Shown here one piece after another: positions 1 through 13,286 of a DNA stretch of 64,000 bases. The notes below the pieces were generated by a model. The model was not told where the DNA came from. It did no database searches and worked only from the letters and a program-made list of their open reading frames with translations. Position 1 is the stretch's first letter. Each line of letters opens with the position of its first letter. Position numbers and translations under genes: made by a program. This stretch comes from Pseudomonadota bacterium (lineage in GTDB: Bacteria > Desulfobacterota > Syntrophia > Syntrophales > UBA8958), in assembly GCA_030057915.1 (NCBI GenBank), contig JASGUC010000057.1:48841-112840 (forward strand), read 5' to 3'.

Positions 1-1
1 G

Positions 2-493
<492 letters not shown>

Positions 494-565
494 ACCCATA
501 ATTGGTAGTAAGCCGAGCTTTGCCGTGCCTGTCCGCACGGACGGGAAGCGCTTGAGGGAGGAGCT

Positions 566-937
566 ATGCCGACGATAAATCAGTTGGTCCGCAAGGGCAG
601 GATCAAAATGGAGGAAAAAACCAAGTCCCCGGCGCTGGTGGGCTCGCCGCAGCGGCGGGGGGTGTGTGTCCGGGTCTATACATCGACCCCCAAGAAACCC
701 AACTCGGCGTTGCGCAAGGTCGCCCGGGTGCGTCTGACCACCGGCTACGAAGTGACCTCCTATATCCCCGGCGTGGGGCATAATCTTCAGGAACACTCCG
801 TCGTCCTGGTCCGGGGGGGGAGGGTGAAGGATCTGCCGGGGGTCCGTTATCACATCGTGCGGGGCACCCTCGACGCCGTGGGCGTCCAGGGCAGAAAGCA
901 GGGGCGATCGAAATACGGGGCCAAGAAACCGAGCTAA
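566..937 (+). CDS. rpsL: 30S ribosomal protein S12
   Basis: [12 protein letters not shown]...; 123 aa; GGAGG Shine-Dalgarno upstream; canonical position after rpoC. Confidence 0.97.
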   Translation: MPTINQLVRKGRIKMEEKTKSPALVGSPQRRGVCVRVYTSTPKKPNSALRKVARVRLTTGYEVTSYIPGVGHNLQEHSVVLVRGGRVKDLPGVRYHIVRGTLDAVGVQGRKQGRSKYGAKKPS

Positions 938-953
938 ACGGGGATAGATCATC

Positions 954-1424
954 ATGCCGAGAAGACGAGAGATTGCAAAAAGAGAGATCATGCCTGATCC
1001 CAAGTACAAAAATAAGATGGTGGCCCAGTTCGTCAACAATCTTTTGAAGCAGGGGAAGAAGAGCACCGCGGAGGCGATCCTATACGGGGCGTTTGACATC
1101 ATAGAGAGACGGGTCAAGGAGCCGCCGGTGGAGGTGTTCGAAAAGGCCCTCGGCAACGTGAAGCCGGTGATCGAGGTCAAGTCGCGCCGGGTGGGCGGCT
1201 CCACCTACCAGGTGCCCACGGAGGTCCAGCCGTCGCGGCGGATGGCGCTGGCGATCCGCTGGTTGATAACCAACGCGAAGGAACGGGCGGAGAAGACCAT
1301 GAAGGAAAAATTAGCGGCGGAACTAATCGACGCCGCCAACAATAGAGGCGCGGCGATCAAAAAGCGGGAGGCCGTGCACAAGATGGCGGAGGCCAACAAG
1401 GCCTTTGCCCATTATCGGTTCTGA
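954..1424 (+). CDS. rpsG: 30S ribosomal protein S7
   Basis: [18 protein letters not shown]...; 156 aa; immediately follows rpsL. Confidence 0.97.
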   Translation: MPRRREIAKREIMPDPKYKNKMVAQFVNNLLKQGKKSTAEAILYGAFDIIERRVKEPPVEVFEKALGNVKPVIEVKSRRVGGSTYQVPTEVQPSRRMALAIRWLITNAKERAEKTMKEKLAAELIDAANNRGAAIKKREAVHKMAEANKAFAHYRF

Positions 1425-1507
1425 GGACATTCAAAGCAGGAGATTGCGGGAGCAAAGGGTCACAAACATATAAGAGATTTTTCAACAGACGAAGGAGGTA
1501 AGTAGAG

Positions 1508-2701
1508 ATGGCCAAGAAAAAATTTGAAAGGACGAAGCCGCATCTGAACATCGGCACCATCGGTCACGTGGATCACGGGAAGACGACCTTGACGGCGGCG
1601 ATTACCAAGCACTTGTCCAAGAAAGGTTTCGCCGAGTTCAAGCCCTTTGACTCCATCGACAACGCCCCGGAGGAAAAGGAGCGAGGCGTTACGATCAATA
1701 TCACCCACGTGGAGTACGAAACGGCGAAGCGGCACTACGCCCACGTTGACTGCCCCGGCCATGCCGACTACATCAAGAACATGATCTCCGGCGCCGCCCA
1801 CATGGACGGAGCGATCCTCGTCGTCGCGGCCTCCGACGGACCCATGCCCCAGACCCGCGAGCACATCCTCCTGGCCCGCCAGGTCCAGGTGCCTTATATG
1901 GTTGTTTTCATGAACAAGGTAGATCTGGTTGACGATCCGGAACTCCTCGACCTGGTCGAGCTGGAACTACGAGAACTCCTCAAGGAGTATCAGTTCCCCG
2001 GCGATGACATCCCCATCATCCGCGGCTCCGCTCTGAAGGCTCTGGATGCCGACGATCCCGATTCTGAGGATGCCAAGCCCATCTGGGAACTCATGAATGC
2101 GGCGGATTCCTATATCCCGGAGCCGGAGCGCGTTCTGGACAAGCCCTTCCTCATGCCCATCGGGGACGTCTTTAGCATCTCCGGCCGCGGCACCGTGGTC
2201 ACGGGCCGGGTGGACCGGGGGATCATCAAGACCGGCGAGGAAGTGGAGATCGTCGGGATTCGTCCCACCTTCAAGACGGTCTGCACGGGCGTGGAGATGT
2301 TCCGCAAGACCCTGGATGAAGGCCGGGCCGGCGACGACATCGGCGTGCTGCTCCGGGGCACCAAGCGGGAGGAAGTGGAAAGGGGCCAGGTGGTGGCCAA
2401 ACCCGGTTCCATTACCCCTCACACCAAATTCAAGGCCCAGGTCTATGTTCTCACCAAGGAGGAAGGCGGCCGTCATACCCCCTTCTTTACCGGCTACCGT
2501 CCCCAGTTCTATTTCCGGACGACCGACGTGACCGGGGTGGCCATGCTGCCGGAAGGCGTGGAGATGGTCATGCCGGGTGACAATGTGGAATTGGAGATCC
2601 ACTTGATTACCCCCATCGCCATGGAGGAACAGCTTCGCTTCGCCATCCGGGAAGGCGGCCGGACCGTCGGGGCGGGCGTTGTCAGCAAGGTGATCGAATA
2701 A
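1508..2701 (+). CDS. tuf: Elongation factor Tu
   Basis: [11 protein letters not shown]1 motif, DCPGHADY and NKVD motifs; 397 aa; AGGAGG upstream. Confidence 0.97.
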   Translation: MAKKKFERTKPHLNIGTIGHVDHGKTTLTAAITKHLSKKGFAEFKPFDSIDNAPEEKERGVTINITHVEYETAKRHYAHVDCPGHADYIKNMISGAAHMDGAILVVAASDGPMPQTREHILLARQVQVPYMVVFMNKVDLVDDPELLDLVELELRELLKEYQFPGDDIPIIRGSALKALDADDPDSEDAKPIWELMNAADSYIPEPERVLDKPFLMPIGDVFSISGRGTVVTGRVDRGIIKTGEEVEIVGIRPTFKTVCTGVEMFRKTLDEGRAGDDIGVLLRGTKREEVERGQVVAKPGSITPHTKFKAQVYVLTKEEGGRHTPFFTGYRPQFYFRTTDVTGVAMLPEGVEMVMPGDNVELEIHLITPIAMEEQLRFAIREGGRTVGAGVVSKVIE

Positions 2702-2723
2702 CAAAGAGGAAACCGGCGCGACC

Positions 2724-3032
2724 ATGAAAGACCAGAGAATTAGAATTCGCCTCAAGGCGTACGATCACAAGCTGCTGGACAGATCGGTGGAGGACATTGT
2801 CGAAACGGCCAAACGCACCGGGGCGCGTGTCGCCGGACCCGTTCCGCTGCCCACGGAAATCAACAGGTTCTGCGTCAACAGGTCGCCCCATGTGGACAAG
2901 AAGTCCCGGGAACAGCTCGAACTCAGGACGCACAAGCGTTTGATCGACATCATCGAACCCACCCAATCCACGGTGGACGCCCTGATGAAGCTGGACCTGT
3001 CGGCTGGGGTGGATGTGGAGATCAAGCTATAG
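2724..3032 (+). CDS. rpsJ: 30S ribosomal protein S10
   Basis: [19 protein letters not shown]...; 102 aa; first gene of the S10 operon. Confidence 0.96.
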   Translation: MKDQRIRIRLKAYDHKLLDRSVEDIVETAKRTGARVAGPVPLPTEINRFCVNRSPHVDKKSREQLELRTHKRLIDIIEPTQSTVDALMKLDLSAGVDVEIKL

Positions 3033-3103
3033 GTTGCATATGACAGGGGATGGAGTGGATTTGGGCCTTCCATCTCCTGATTTTTTTTGATTAGAGAACC
3101 GAC

Positions 3104-3748
3104 ATGACAAAGGGACTGATAGGCAGAAAGCTGGGGATGACCCAGATCTTTACCGAAGACGGCAGCGCCGTGCCGGCAACGGTCATCGAGGTCGAACCTT
3201 CGGTGGTCGTTCAACGGAAGACCATGGAAAAGGATGGTTACGAAGCCGTGCAGTTGGGATATGGCCGGATCAAGCAGAAGCGCGTGACGAAGCCCCTCCA
3301 GGGTCATTTCCGCAAGGCGGACAAAGGATTCTTCCGGACGCTCCGGGAATTCCGCTGGGAGGCCGGCGGCTGCGAACCGGGAGAGGAGTTGCGGGCCGAT
3401 ATCTTCAAGGCGGGAGATTTTGTGGACATTTCCGGCACCTCCAAGGGCAAGGGCTTTGCCGGCGCGGTGAAGAGGCATGGCTTCGGCGGCGGTCGGGCCA
3501 CCCACGGCTCCATGTTTCACCGGGCCCCCGGTTCCATCGGCGCGAGCGCCGATCCCTCCCGGGTCTTCAAGGGAAAGAAGCTTCCCGGGCGCATGGGGGG
3601 CGAACGGAACACCGTACAGAACATCGAGGTGCTCCTGGTGCGGCTGGAGGACAACGCCCTGTTGGTGAAGGGGGCCGTTCCCGGCGCCAAGCGGGGGATC
3701 CTGCTGATCCGGCCGGCCGTCAAGAAAACGACCGCGGTCAACAAATAG
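3104..3748 (+). CDS. rplC: 50S ribosomal protein L3
   Basis: [20 protein letters not shown]...; 214 aa; S10 operon order. Confidence 0.96.
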   Translation: MTKGLIGRKLGMTQIFTEDGSAVPATVIEVEPSVVVQRKTMEKDGYEAVQLGYGRIKQKRVTKPLQGHFRKADKGFFRTLREFRWEAGGCEPGEELRADIFKAGDFVDISGTSKGKGFAGAVKRHGFGGGRATHGSMFHRAPGSIGASADPSRVFKGKKLPGRMGGERNTVQNIEVLLVRLEDNALLVKGAVPGAKRGILLIRPAVKKTTAVNK

Positions 3749-3766
3749 CGATACAGGGTGGTCAAG

Positions 3767-4390
3767 ATGCCAATAGCGGCTGTTTACGATATAGAAAACA
3801 ACAAGGTAGGGGAGATCGAGCTGAGCGATCGGGTGTTTGGCGCCGACGTGAACGAGGCCGCCATGTACGAGGTGGTGAGGATGCAACTCCGGGCGCGTCG
3901 TCGGGGCACGGCGGCAACGAAGACGCGACGGGACATAAGCGGCGGCGGGAAAAAGCCCTGGCGCCAGAAAGGAACGGGGCGGGCCAGGGCGGGAACCTCG
4001 CGATCGCCGCTTTGGCGGGGGGGAGGAACGGTATTTGGACCCCATCCCCGGGACTATGCCTACAAGGCGCCGAAGAAGGTTCGCCGGCTGGCCTTGGTGT
4101 CGGCGCTTAGCCAGAAATTCAAGGAAGACCGGATGATCGTCCTGAGCGACTTCCCCCTCGATGAAATCAAGACCAAGAGGTTCAAGGAGGTAGTGGACCG
4201 TTTCGGTTGGAAAAAGGCCTTGGTGGTCATCGACAAAGCCAACCCCATTTTAGAGAAATCCTCGCGAAACCTTCCGGAAATCAAAATGATTCGATCGGAA
4301 GGCATCAACGTTTACGATCTCCTGAATCACGAGCACGTGGTCCTGCTGGCGCCGTCCGTGACAAACATCGAGGGAGCGTTGCAATCATAA
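3767..4390 (+). CDS. rplD: 50S ribosomal protein L4
   Basis: [19 protein letters not shown]...RQKGTGRAR. The track ORF starts at GTG 3758; ATG 3767 has better spacing to GGGTGG. The start is uncertain by 9 nt. Confidence 0.93.
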   Translation: MPIAAVYDIENNKVGEIELSDRVFGADVNEAAMYEVVRMQLRARRRGTAATKTRRDISGGGKKPWRQKGTGRARAGTSRSPLWRGGGTVFGPHPRDYAYKAPKKVRRLALVSALSQKFKEDRMIVLSDFPLDEIKTKRFKEVVDRFGWKKALVVIDKANPILEKSSRNLPEIKMIRSEGINVYDLLNHEHVVLLAPSVTNIEGALQS

Positions 4391-4677
4391 TGGAATTATA
4401 CAAGATTATAAAAAAGGCGCTGCTTACGGAAAAAACCACCAGCGCCAGAGAAGCGGAGAACAAGTATTTTTTTGCCGTGGATCGCCGGGCCAACAAGATC
4501 GAAATCGGCGCCGCCGTGGAGAAGCTCTTCAAAGTGAAGGTGCTGAATGTGGCGGTGATGAACGTGCCGGGAAAGAAGAAGCGGGTCGGTCGGATCGTCG
4601 GCGAGAAACCGGCATGGAAGAAGGCGGTGGTCACCCTGGCGCCAGGAAGCCGCATCGAAATAATCGAGGGCGTTTAA
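4390..4677 (+). CDS. rplW: 50S ribosomal protein L23
   Basis: [16 protein letters not shown]... begins at an internal ATG of track ORF 4207-4677. A TAATG overlap joins it to the rplD stop. Confidence 0.93.
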   Translation: MELYKIIKKALLTEKTTSAREAENKYFFAVDRRANKIEIGAAVEKLFKVKVLNVAVMNVPGKKKRVGRIVGEKPAWKKAVVTLAPGSRIEIIEGV

Positions 4678-4779
4678 TAGGCCCGCGACCAACCCCCGGG
4701 CCTGCGTCAGGCGCGGCGAAAGATGAAAATATCAAGATAATCGCGGATATCTTCTTATAGAGATTCAAGGACACGGATT

Positions 4780-5601
4780 ATGGCAATCAAGACATATAAA
4801 CCAACATCGCCGGGGAGAAGGTTTCAGACCGGTTCCGATTTTGAGGAGATCACCGCCTCCACTCCGGAGAAGAGTCTGTTGCGCCCCCTGCGCAGAACCG
4901 GCGGGCGGAACGTCCACGGAAGGATGACCAGCCGACATATCGGCGGCGGTCACAAGCGGCGGTACCGCATAATCGATTTTCGTCGGGAAAAACTCGACAT
5001 TCCCGCCCGGGTGGCATCCATCGAATACGATCCCAACCGTTCGGCCCGGATCGCCCTGTTGAACTATGTGGATGGGGAGAAGCGCTATATCCTCGCTCCG
5101 GACAAGGTCGCCGTCGGCGACATTCTCGTCAGCGGCGAGCGAGCGGATATCAAGCCGGGGAACTCCCTTCCCTTGAAGAACATCCCCCTGGGCACCCTGA
5201 TCCACAACGTGGAGCTGAAGGTCGGCCGGGGCGGCCAGATCGTCCGCAGCGCCGGATCCTACGGACAACTGATGGCCAAGGAGGGGGGATATGCCCAGGT
5301 GCGCCTTCCCTCCGGGGAGGTAAGAAAGATATTTCTCGAATGTCGGGCCACTATCGGCCAGATCGGCAACATCGAGCATGAAAATGTCAGCATCGGCAAA
5401 GCGGGGAGGTCCCGGTGGCTCGGCAGACGTCCCAAGGTGCGCGGGGTGGCCATGAATCCCATCGACCATCCGATGGGGGGAGGCGAGGGAAAGTCGTCGG
5501 GGGGCCGGCATCCGTGCACCCCTTGGGGGATTCCGACCAAGGGACACAAGACCCGGACGAACAAGGGCACAGACAAATACATTGTAAAGAGAAGAGGTTA
5601 G
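4780..5601 (+). CDS. rplB: 50S ribosomal protein L2
   Basis: [17 protein letters not shown]...; 273 aa. Confidence 0.97.
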   Translation: MAIKTYKPTSPGRRFQTGSDFEEITASTPEKSLLRPLRRTGGRNVHGRMTSRHIGGGHKRRYRIIDFRREKLDIPARVASIEYDPNRSARIALLNYVDGEKRYILAPDKVAVGDILVSGERADIKPGNSLPLKNIPLGTLIHNVELKVGRGGQIVRSAGSYGQLMAKEGGYAQVRLPSGEVRKIFLECRATIGQIGNIEHENVSIGKAGRSRWLGRRPKVRGVAMNPIDHPMGGGEGKSSGGRHPCTPWGIPTKGHKTRTNKGTDKYIVKRRG

Positions 5602-5604
5602 AAA

Positions 5605-5886
5605 GTGGCAAGGTCGGTTGGGAAGGGCCCGTTTATCGAGCCCAAACTGCTGGACAAGGTGAGAAAGGCAGAGGCGGCGGGGAGCAAGGCGGTAATCAAG
5701 ACATGGTCGCGGCGATCGACGATTACCCCGGATCTCATTGGTCATACCTTCGCCGTTCACAACGGCAAGAAGTTCATCCCCGTTTTTGTGACCGAAAACA
5801 TGGTGGGGCACAAACTCGGCGAATTCGCTCCGACCCGGACATTCTTCAGCCATGCCGGAGACAGAAAATCGAAAGTGAGAAGATAG
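5605..5886 (+). CDS. rpsS: 30S ribosomal protein S19
   Basis: [16 protein letters not shown]...; GTG start; 93 aa. Confidence 0.96.
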   Translation: MARSVGKGPFIEPKLLDKVRKAEAAGSKAVIKTWSRRSTITPDLIGHTFAVHNGKKFIPVFVTENMVGHKLGEFAPTRTFFSHAGDRKSKVRR

Positions 5887-5925
5887 AACCGGTCGTCCTG
5901 AAGGCGGCGGACGGGGGGTAAGTTT

Positions 5926-6258
5926 ATGGAAGCAAGGGCTGTTGCCAGATACATTCGCATATCGCCGCAGAAGGCGCGCCTCGTGGCGGACCTCATCAGG
6001 GGGAAGAAGGCCGCGGAAGCGGAAAAGATCCTGTCCTACACCAACAGGTACGGGGCCTTTCTGCTGGGCAAGGTGCTGCATTCCGCCCTGGCCAATGCCA
6101 AGGAGAATCCCAATATCGACGAAAGCATCCTCTACGTGAAGGGCGTTTACGTGGATCAGGGGCCGGCGCTGAAGCGCTGGCGGGCCAGGGCCCAGGGCCG
6201 TGCGGCGGCGATCAAGAAACGGATGAGTCATATTACCGTCGTTTTGGACGAGGCATAG
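5926..6258 (+). CDS. rplV: 50S ribosomal protein L22
   Basis: [26 protein letters not shown]...; 110 aa. Confidence 0.96.
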   Translation: MEARAVARYIRISPQKARLVADLIRGKKAAEAEKILSYTNRYGAFLLGKVLHSALANAKENPNIDESILYVKGVYVDQGPALKRWRARAQGRAAAIKKRMSHITVVLDEA

Positions 6259-6283
6259 AGGAACATCGCGAGGAGGTGAAAGG

Positions 6284-6931
6284 TTGGGGCAGAAGGTAAA
6301 TCCCATCGGCTTGAGGCTGGGCGGCGTAAAGACATGGAAGTCGCTTTGGTTTTCCGAGAAGAACTACAGTGAGCTACTCCACGAGGATCTCCGCATCCGC
6401 CGGTATCTCAAGCAGAAGCTCTTTCATGCCGGCATTTCGAGAATCGAGATTGAAAGGGCCGCCGATAAAGCCAAGGTGAACATCCATGCGGCCCGTCCGG
6501 GGATCATCATCGGCAAGAAGGGTTCCGAAATCGAAAAACTCAAGAAGGAACTGGAAAAGGTCAGCGGCGGCGAGTTGATCATCAACATCCTGGAGGTGCG
6601 GAAACCGGAGATCGACGCCCAGCTTGTGGCCGAAAACGTCGCTCTCCAACTGGAGAGGCGGATCGCCTTCCGTCGGGCCATGAGGAAGGGTGTCACGTCC
6701 GCCATCAAGTTCGGGGCCAAGGGGATTCGCGTCAACTGTTCCGGACGCCTCGGCGGCGCCGAAATGGCCAGGGCCGAATGGTACCGGGAGGGCCGCGTGC
6801 CCCTGCATACGCTCCGGGCCGATATCGACTGGGGTTTTGCCGAGGCGCGGACCGCCTACGGGAAAATCGGGGTGAAGGTATTGATCTTCCTGGGAGAAAT
6901 CCTGGCGACTAAGAGAGAGCGCGAACGATAG
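6284..6931 (+). CDS. rpsC: 30S ribosomal protein S3
   Basis: [13 protein letters not shown]...; TTG start; 215 aa. Confidence 0.96.
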   Translation: MGQKVNPIGLRLGGVKTWKSLWFSEKNYSELLHEDLRIRRYLKQKLFHAGISRIEIERAADKAKVNIHAARPGIIIGKKGSEIEKLKKELEKVSGGELIINILEVRKPEIDAQLVAENVALQLERRIAFRRAMRKGVTSAIKFGAKGIRVNCSGRLGGAEMARAEWYREGRVPLHTLRADIDWGFAEARTAYGKIGVKVLIFLGEILATKRERER

Positions 6932-6967
6932 CGGCGCTTTGCGGAAGCTATAAGGGGTTTTTGAGAC

Positions 6968-7390
6968 ATGTTGATGCCGAAGAGGGTAAAGTACAGAAAG
7001 CCGCAGCGGGGACGCATGACCGGACCGGCCATGCAGGGCAACGCCATCGGCTTTGGCGAATACGGCCTGCAGGCCACGGAGTGCGGCTGGGTGACGGCCC
7101 GGCAAATAGAATCCGCCCGCGTGGCGATGACCAGGCATGTGAAGCGCGGCGGAAAGATCTGGATACGGGTCTTTCCCCACAAGTCGGTGACGAAAAAGCC
7201 CGCGGAAACACGGATGGGAAAGGGCAAAGGGGCCCCGGAGGAGTGGGTCGCCGTCGTCAAGCCGGGGATGGTCCTCTATGAAATGCGTGGGGTATCCCCG
7301 GACATTGCCAAGGAGGCCTTCCGCCTGGCGGCCCATAAACTCCCCATCGGTGTAAAATTTCTGTCCAGGGAGGCGGTAGATGAAAATTAA
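6968..7390 (+). CDS. rplP: 50S ribosomal protein L16
   Basis: [17 protein letters not shown]...; 140 aa. Confidence 0.96.
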   Translation: MLMPKRVKYRKPQRGRMTGPAMQGNAIGFGEYGLQATECGWVTARQIESARVAMTRHVKRGGKIWIRVFPHKSVTKKPAETRMGKGKGAPEEWVAVVKPGMVLYEMRGVSPDIAKEAFRLAAHKLPIGVKFLSREAVDEN

Positions 7391-7571
7391 GGAGCTAAGG
7401 GATCTCCAGGGCGACGAATTGAAACAGAAGCAGACAGAGCTGAGCGAGGAGTTGTTCCGTCTGAAGATTCGTCATGCCTCCCGGCAGTTGGATTCCACCG
7501 CGACGCTGGGGAAGGTGAGAAGGGACATCGCCCGCATCAAGACGGTCCTGAGACAGAAGGAGGGTCGATAA
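7380..7571 (+). CDS. rpmC: 50S ribosomal protein L29
   Basis: [17 protein letters not shown]...; 63 aa; overlaps the rplP end. Confidence 0.94.
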   Translation: MKIKELRDLQGDELKQKQTELSEELFRLKIRHASRQLDSTATLGKVRRDIARIKTVLRQKEGR

Positions 7572-7573
7572 TC

Positions 7574-7831
7574 ATGGAGGTCCGTGGAAACCGGCGCACG
7601 ATCAGTGGCGTCGTGGTGAGCGACAAGATGGACAAGACCATCGTGGTTCGGGTGGAGCGCCTGGTGAAGCATCCGGCGTTTCATAAGTATATTCGACAAT
7701 TCGTTAAATACAAGGCCCACGACGAAGCCAACGAGTGCCGGGTCGGCGACCGGGTGGTCATCGTTGAATCCCGGCCCTTGAGCAAGGATAAACGCTGGCG
7801 CATGCGCTCCATCCTGGAGAGGGCAAAATAG
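7574..7831 (+). CDS. rpsQ: 30S ribosomal protein S17
   Basis: ...[23 protein letters not shown]...; 85 aa. Confidence 0.95.
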   Translation: MEVRGNRRTISGVVVSDKMDKTIVVRVERLVKHPAFHKYIRQFVKYKAHDEANECRVGDRVVIVESRPLSKDKRWRMRSILERAK

Positions 7832-7862
7832 CCCGGGAAATTAGTGAAGGCGGTACGGTAAG

Positions 7863-8231
7863 ATGATTCAGATGCAGACCATACTTAGTGTTGCGGACAA
7901 CTCGGGTGCGAAAAAGGTTGCCTGCATCAAGGTGCTGGGAGGTTCGAAGCGACGCTATGCCAGCATCGGAGACGTTATCGTGGTCTCCGTCAAGGAGGCC
8001 ATCCCCAATTCCAAGGTGAAGAAGGGCGATGTCATGAAGGCCGTCATTGTTCGCACCGTCAAGGAGGTGCGCCGCCAGGACGGTTCCTATCTCAAGTTTG
8101 ACGATAACTCCGCCGTCCTGATCACCAATCAGATGGAGCCCATCGGGACCCGCATCTTTGGCCCGGTGGCGAGAGAGCTGCGAGCGAAACAGTTCATGAA
8201 AATCATTTCCCTCGCTCCCGAGGTCCTGTGA
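7863..8231 (+). CDS. rplN: 50S ribosomal protein L14
   Basis: [19 protein letters not shown]...; 122 aa. Confidence 0.97.
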   Translation: MIQMQTILSVADNSGAKKVACIKVLGGSKRRYASIGDVIVVSVKEAIPNSKVKKGDVMKAVIVRTVKEVRRQDGSYLKFDDNSAVLITNQMEPIGTRIFGPVARELRAKQFMKIISLAPEVL

Positions 8232-8266
8232 CGGGACGGCGGGGAAGCGAAGCAAGGATCCAGACG

Positions 8267-8587
8267 ATGCATGGAAAGCGGTTAAAAAAAGGAGATACGG
8301 TGCAGGTCATCGCCGGAAGGGAAGAGGGGAAGACCGGCAAGATAATCAAGATCATGAGGGACAAGGACCGGGTGATCGTGGAAAAACTGAACTTCGTCAA
8401 ACGGCACCAGCGGCCCGACGCCAAGGGCAAGGGCGGCATCGTGGAGAAGGAAGGCCCCATTCATATCACCAACGTCGCCTACTTATGCGGCAAGTGCGAA
8501 AAGGGTGTCCGGCTCGGACAGAAAGTCCTCGAGGAAGGGAAAAAGGTCCGTATCTGTAAGAAATGTCAGGAGATAATAGACGCATAA
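8267..8587 (+). CDS. rplX: 50S ribosomal protein L24
   Basis: [26 protein letters not shown]... (KOW motif). Internal ATG of track ORF 8228-8587. Confidence 0.93.
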   Translation: MHGKRLKKGDTVQVIAGREEGKTGKIIKIMRDKDRVIVEKLNFVKRHQRPDAKGKGGIVEKEGPIHITNVAYLCGKCEKGVRLGQKVLEEGKKVRICKKCQEIIDA

Positions 8588-8591
8588 GGCG

Positions 8592-9137
8592 ATGGCTATG
8601 GCAAGACTCAAAGATTATTACCAGAAAGAAGTAGTGCCCGCGCTGATTGGCAAGTTCGGTTACAAGAATCGCATGGAAGTGCCGAAACTGGAGAAGATCG
8701 TGCTCAACATGGGCCTGGGCGAAGCCATCCAGAACGCCAAGATCCTGGATGCGGCCGCCGCGGAGCTGGCGGCGATTACCGGGCAGAAGCCGGTGATCAC
8801 CAAGGCGAGGAAATCCATCGCCACCTTCAAGCTGCGCCAGGGAATGTCCATCGGTTGCCGGGTCACCCTCCGGAGGGAGAGGATGTATGAATTCCTCGAT
8901 CGCCTGGTCAATGTCAACCTGCCCCGGGTAAGGGACTTCCGCGGCATTGCCCCGAAATCCTTCGACGGCCGGGGGAATTTTGCCCTGGGATTGAAGGAGC
9001 AGATCATCTTTCCCGAGATCGACTATGACAAGATCGACAAGGTCCGAGGGATGAACGTGGTCATCGTCACCACGGCGAGGACGGACGACGAGGCGAGGGA
9101 ATTGTTGAGACTGATGGGCATGCCTTTCAGGAATTGA
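8592..9137 (+). CDS. rplE: 50S ribosomal protein L5
   Basis: [18 protein letters not shown]...; 181 aa. Confidence 0.96.
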   Translation: MAMARLKDYYQKEVVPALIGKFGYKNRMEVPKLEKIVLNMGLGEAIQNAKILDAAAAELAAITGQKPVITKARKSIATFKLRQGMSIGCRVTLRRERMYEFLDRLVNVNLPRVRDFRGIAPKSFDGRGNFALGLKEQIIFPEIDYDKIDKVRGMNVVIVTTARTDDEARELLRLMGMPFRN

Positions 9138-9165
9138 GCCGGGCAACGGCGGGAGGAAGAGGTAA

Positions 9166-9351
9166 GTGGCGAAGAAATCCCTGATCGCAAAAGCGAAGAG
9201 AGAAATGAAATTTTCGGTCCGACGGTACAACCGCTGTCCGCTGTGCGGCCGTCCGCGCGCTTATTATCGCAAGTTCGATATGTGTAGGATTTGCCTTAGG
9301 AATCTGTCCGCCAAAGGGGAGATACCCGGGGTGATCAAGGCGAGTTGGTAG
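9166..9351 (+). CDS. rpsN: 30S ribosomal protein S14, short zinc-binding type (type Z)
   Basis: 61 aa with CPLCGR...CRIC (two CxxC pairs); GTG start; between rplE and rpsH. Confidence 0.94.
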   Translation: MAKKSLIAKAKREMKFSVRRYNRCPLCGRPRAYYRKFDMCRICLRNLSAKGEIPGVIKASW

Positions 9352-9374
9352 ATAAACATCAAGGAGTTTTAGTC

Positions 9375-9776
9375 ATGGGAATGACCGATCCGATTGCCGA
9401 TATGTTGACCAGAATCCGGAACGCCAACCGCATGCGCTTCAAGACGGTTGATGTCCTGGCCTCCCGGATGAACAGGAATATCGCCGAGGTTCTGAAGAAG
9501 GCCGGATACATCTCCGGCTACGAATTGAAAAGGGACAAGGATAAACATGAAATCTTGCGGATCGATCTGATTTATCCCGACTCCAGAAGCCATGTCCTCA
9601 CGGACATTCAGCGGGTCAGCCGGCCCGGGCGAAGGGTTTACGTCCATAGCGCGGACATCCCCAAGGTGCTCAACGGCTATGGGATTGCCATCATGTCCAC
9701 CTCCAAGGGACTGATGACGGATAGCGAGGCCCGGGACCTCAACGTGGGCGGGGAAATCATCTGTCAGGTGTGGTAA
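9375..9776 (+). CDS. rpsH: 30S ribosomal protein S8
   Basis: MGMTDPIADMLTRIRNA...; AAGGAG lies 8 nt upstream of ATG 9375. The track ORF starts earlier, at 9345. Confidence 0.95.
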   Translation: MGMTDPIADMLTRIRNANRMRFKTVDVLASRMNRNIAEVLKKAGYISGYELKRDKDKHEILRIDLIYPDSRSHVLTDIQRVSRPGRRVYVHSADIPKVLNGYGIAIMSTSKGLMTDSEARDLNVGGEIICQVW

Positions 9777-9818
9777 GCGCCCCTAAGGCGTGTGTCAATA
9801 GGGTCGGGAGATAGCAAT

Positions 9819-10361
9819 ATGTCGAGAATCGGGAAAAAGACCATCGAGCTGCCAGTCGGCGTCAAGGTGGCCCAGGAGGGCAGGCTGGTTAAGGTTGCCG
9901 GTCCGAAGGGCGAGCTGTCCGCGGTATTGCCCCTGGGGGTCGAATTCGTGCAAGGGGAGAGGGCCGTTTCCGTGCGGCGGCTGGAAGAGAACCGGATGGG
10001 AAGGTCGGCCCATGGGCTGGCCAGGACCCTGGTGAACAACATGGTGACCGGGGTTAGCAAGGGCTTTGAAAAGGGCCTGGAAATAGCCGGGGTCGGCTAT
10101 CGAGCGGAACTGAACAACAATGTCCTGAAGCTGGTCGTCGGCTTCTCCACCCCCCGGGAATACGTGGTTCCGCAAGGGGTGGCCATCAAGATCGAAAAGC
10201 AGGTGAATATCCTTGTCTCGGGCATCGACAGGCATCTGGTGGGCAAGGTGGCCGCGGAGATCCGGGACCTCAGAAAGCCGGAGCCATACAAGGGCAAGGG
10301 CATCAGATACGCCGGCGAGAAGGTGCGGCGGAAGGTGGGCAAGTCCGTGGGAACCAAATAA
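9819..10361 (+). CDS. rplF: 50S ribosomal protein L6
   Basis: MSRIGKKTIELPVGVKV...; internal ATG of track ORF 9792-10361, preceded by GGGAG. Confidence 0.95.
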   Translation: MSRIGKKTIELPVGVKVAQEGRLVKVAGPKGELSAVLPLGVEFVQGERAVSVRRLEENRMGRSAHGLARTLVNNMVTGVSKGFEKGLEIAGVGYRAELNNNVLKLVVGFSTPREYVVPQGVAIKIEKQVNILVSGIDRHLVGKVAAEIRDLRKPEPYKGKGIRYAGEKVRRKVGKSVGTK

Positions 10362-10408
10362 ACGGCAACGGTTGCCGGGTATTCTCATATTTTTAAGGGG
10401 TAGGCGAA

Positions 10409-10771
10409 TTGGCAGCGAAGGTGGAGAAGATCAGAGAGAAGAGAAAGGCCCGGGTGCGGGGAAAGGTGTCGGGCACCCAGCAGCGACCGCGCCTGGCGGT
10501 ATTCAGAACGGCGCGCCATATATATGTTCAGGCCATCGCCGATGACTTGGGACGCACCATCGCCGAGGCCTCGACCCTGAGCCCGGAGCTGCGGGGGGAG
10601 TTGGGCGGCAAGAAGAAATCGGAAGCGGCCGGAGAGGTCGGCAGGCTGGTGGCCAGGCGGCTGATCGCCGCCGGGATCGAGGAGGCCGTTTTTGATCGCG
10701 GTCGGTTCCTTTATCACGGTCGGGTCAAGGCCCTTGCCGATGCGGCCCGGGCAGGCGGTTTGAAATTCTGA
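10409..10771 (+). CDS. rplR: 50S ribosomal protein L18
   Basis: ...[30 protein letters not shown]...; TTG start; 120 aa. Confidence 0.94.
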   Translation: MAAKVEKIREKRKARVRGKVSGTQQRPRLAVFRTARHIYVQAIADDLGRTIAEASTLSPELRGELGGKKKSEAAGEVGRLVARRLIAAGIEEAVFDRGRFLYHGRVKALADAARAGGLKF

Positions 10772-10802
10772 CGACCATAAAAGAGGGGCGATGAGATAAA
10801 TT

Positions 10803-11285
10803 ATGATGGAAGAGCTTGAGCTGATAGACAGGGTCATTACGATCAACAGGACCGCCAAGGTCGTCAAGGGGGGCCGGAGATTTCGTTTCAGCGCCATTGT
10901 GGTGGTGGGGGACGGACAGGGTTCCGTGGGCGCCGGGTTGGGCAAGGCCCATGAGGTCCCCGAGGCTATCCGCAAGGGGATGGAACAGGCAAAGAAAAAC
11001 ATGAGGAAGGTCGCCATTGTCGGCCATACCATTCCCTATGAGGTGATCGGCTGCTACGGAGCGGGCCGGGTCCTGCTGAAGCCCGCCTCGGAAGGCACGG
11101 GGCTGATTGCCGGAGGGGCCGTGCGCGCCGTTTTGGAGGCGGCGGGGGTGAGCAACATACTGACGAAGTGTTTAGGCTCTCACAATCCCCACAACCTCGT
11201 CAAGGCGACCATCGAAGGTCTGACCCGTCTGAAGGAACCGGCGGAAATCGCCCGGCTCCGCGGCCAGGCCTCCTTGGCTCAGTAA
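10803..11285 (+). CDS. rpsE: 30S ribosomal protein S5
   Basis: ...[28 protein letters not shown]...; 160 aa. Confidence 0.96.
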   Translation: MMEELELIDRVITINRTAKVVKGGRRFRFSAIVVVGDGQGSVGAGLGKAHEVPEAIRKGMEQAKKNMRKVAIVGHTIPYEVIGCYGAGRVLLKPASEGTGLIAGGAVRAVLEAAGVSNILTKCLGSHNPHNLVKATIEGLTRLKEPAEIARLRGQASLAQ

Positions 11286-11294
11286 ACTATAGCA

Positions 11295-11498
11295 GTGAGG
11301 TTGACTCTCGTGGGACGTAAATTGAAAATCACCCTGATTCGGAGTTACATCGGCAGACCGGAAAGGCATCGCCAGGTGCTGCGGGGCCTAGGGCTCATGA
11401 AGCTGAACAAGACGGTCATCCTGGCCGATACGCCGGAGATTCGCGGCATGGTCAACAAGGTATGTCATCTGGTTTCCATGGAAGAAATGGAGGCATAG
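11295..11498 (+). CDS. rpmD: 50S ribosomal protein L30
   Basis: ...[26 protein letters not shown]... The start is uncertain (GTG 11295, TTG 11301 or GTG 11313). Confidence 0.9.
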   Translation: MRLTLVGRKLKITLIRSYIGRPERHRQVLRGLGLMKLNKTVILADTPEIRGMVNKVCHLVSMEEMEA

Positions 11499-11504
11499 CG
11501 ATAT

Positions 11505-11925
11505 ATGGATTTGAAAACACTCAAGCCGCCGGCGGGTTCCAGAAAGAAGCGCAAGCGGATAGGGCGTGGCGGCGTCCACGGCGGCACGTCCGGCAAGGGT
11601 CACAAGGGCCAGAAGTCGCGTTCCGGCGGCGGCGTGAAGCCGGGTTTCGAAGGCGGTCAGATGCCCATGGCGCGGCGGCTGCCCAAGCGCGGTTTCCGCA
11701 ACCCCTTCCGAAGGGAGATAATCACGGTCAACCTGGGACAGCTCAATGTATTCCCGGAGCGCAGCGTCGTGGACGTCGAGGCCTTGCTGTCCAAGGGCCT
11801 GATCAAGAAGCGGGGCGATGGAGTGAAGCTGCTGGGCAAGGGGGAGATTCAATACCCGCTGTCCGTGAAACTGGATGGGCTAAGCAAGGGGGCGAGAACC
11901 AAGATCGAAGCCGCCGGCGGTTCCA

Positions 11926-11942
<17 letters not shown>
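11505..11942 (+). CDS. rplO: 50S ribosomal protein L15
   Basis: [22 protein letters not shown]...; 145 aa. Confidence 0.96.
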
Positions 11943-13251
<1,309 letters not shown>

Positions 13252-13286
13252 AAAGGCCGTCACGGCAAACGGGTAGGCTCTTTTCC

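Noticed and set aside
2765-6306. Long minus-strand ORFs 2765-4045 (426 aa) and 4765-6306 (513 aa) opposite the ribosomal-protein genes. Similar ORFs lie at 6374-7336, 16174-17391, 18233-19819, 27475-28683, 32121-33839, 36860-38035, 45214-46455 and 48408-49703.
   Set aside because: All are antisense to genes with unambiguous conserved products. They lack SD sequences and have skewed R/P/G composition. They are stop-codon-poor frames expected at this GC content.
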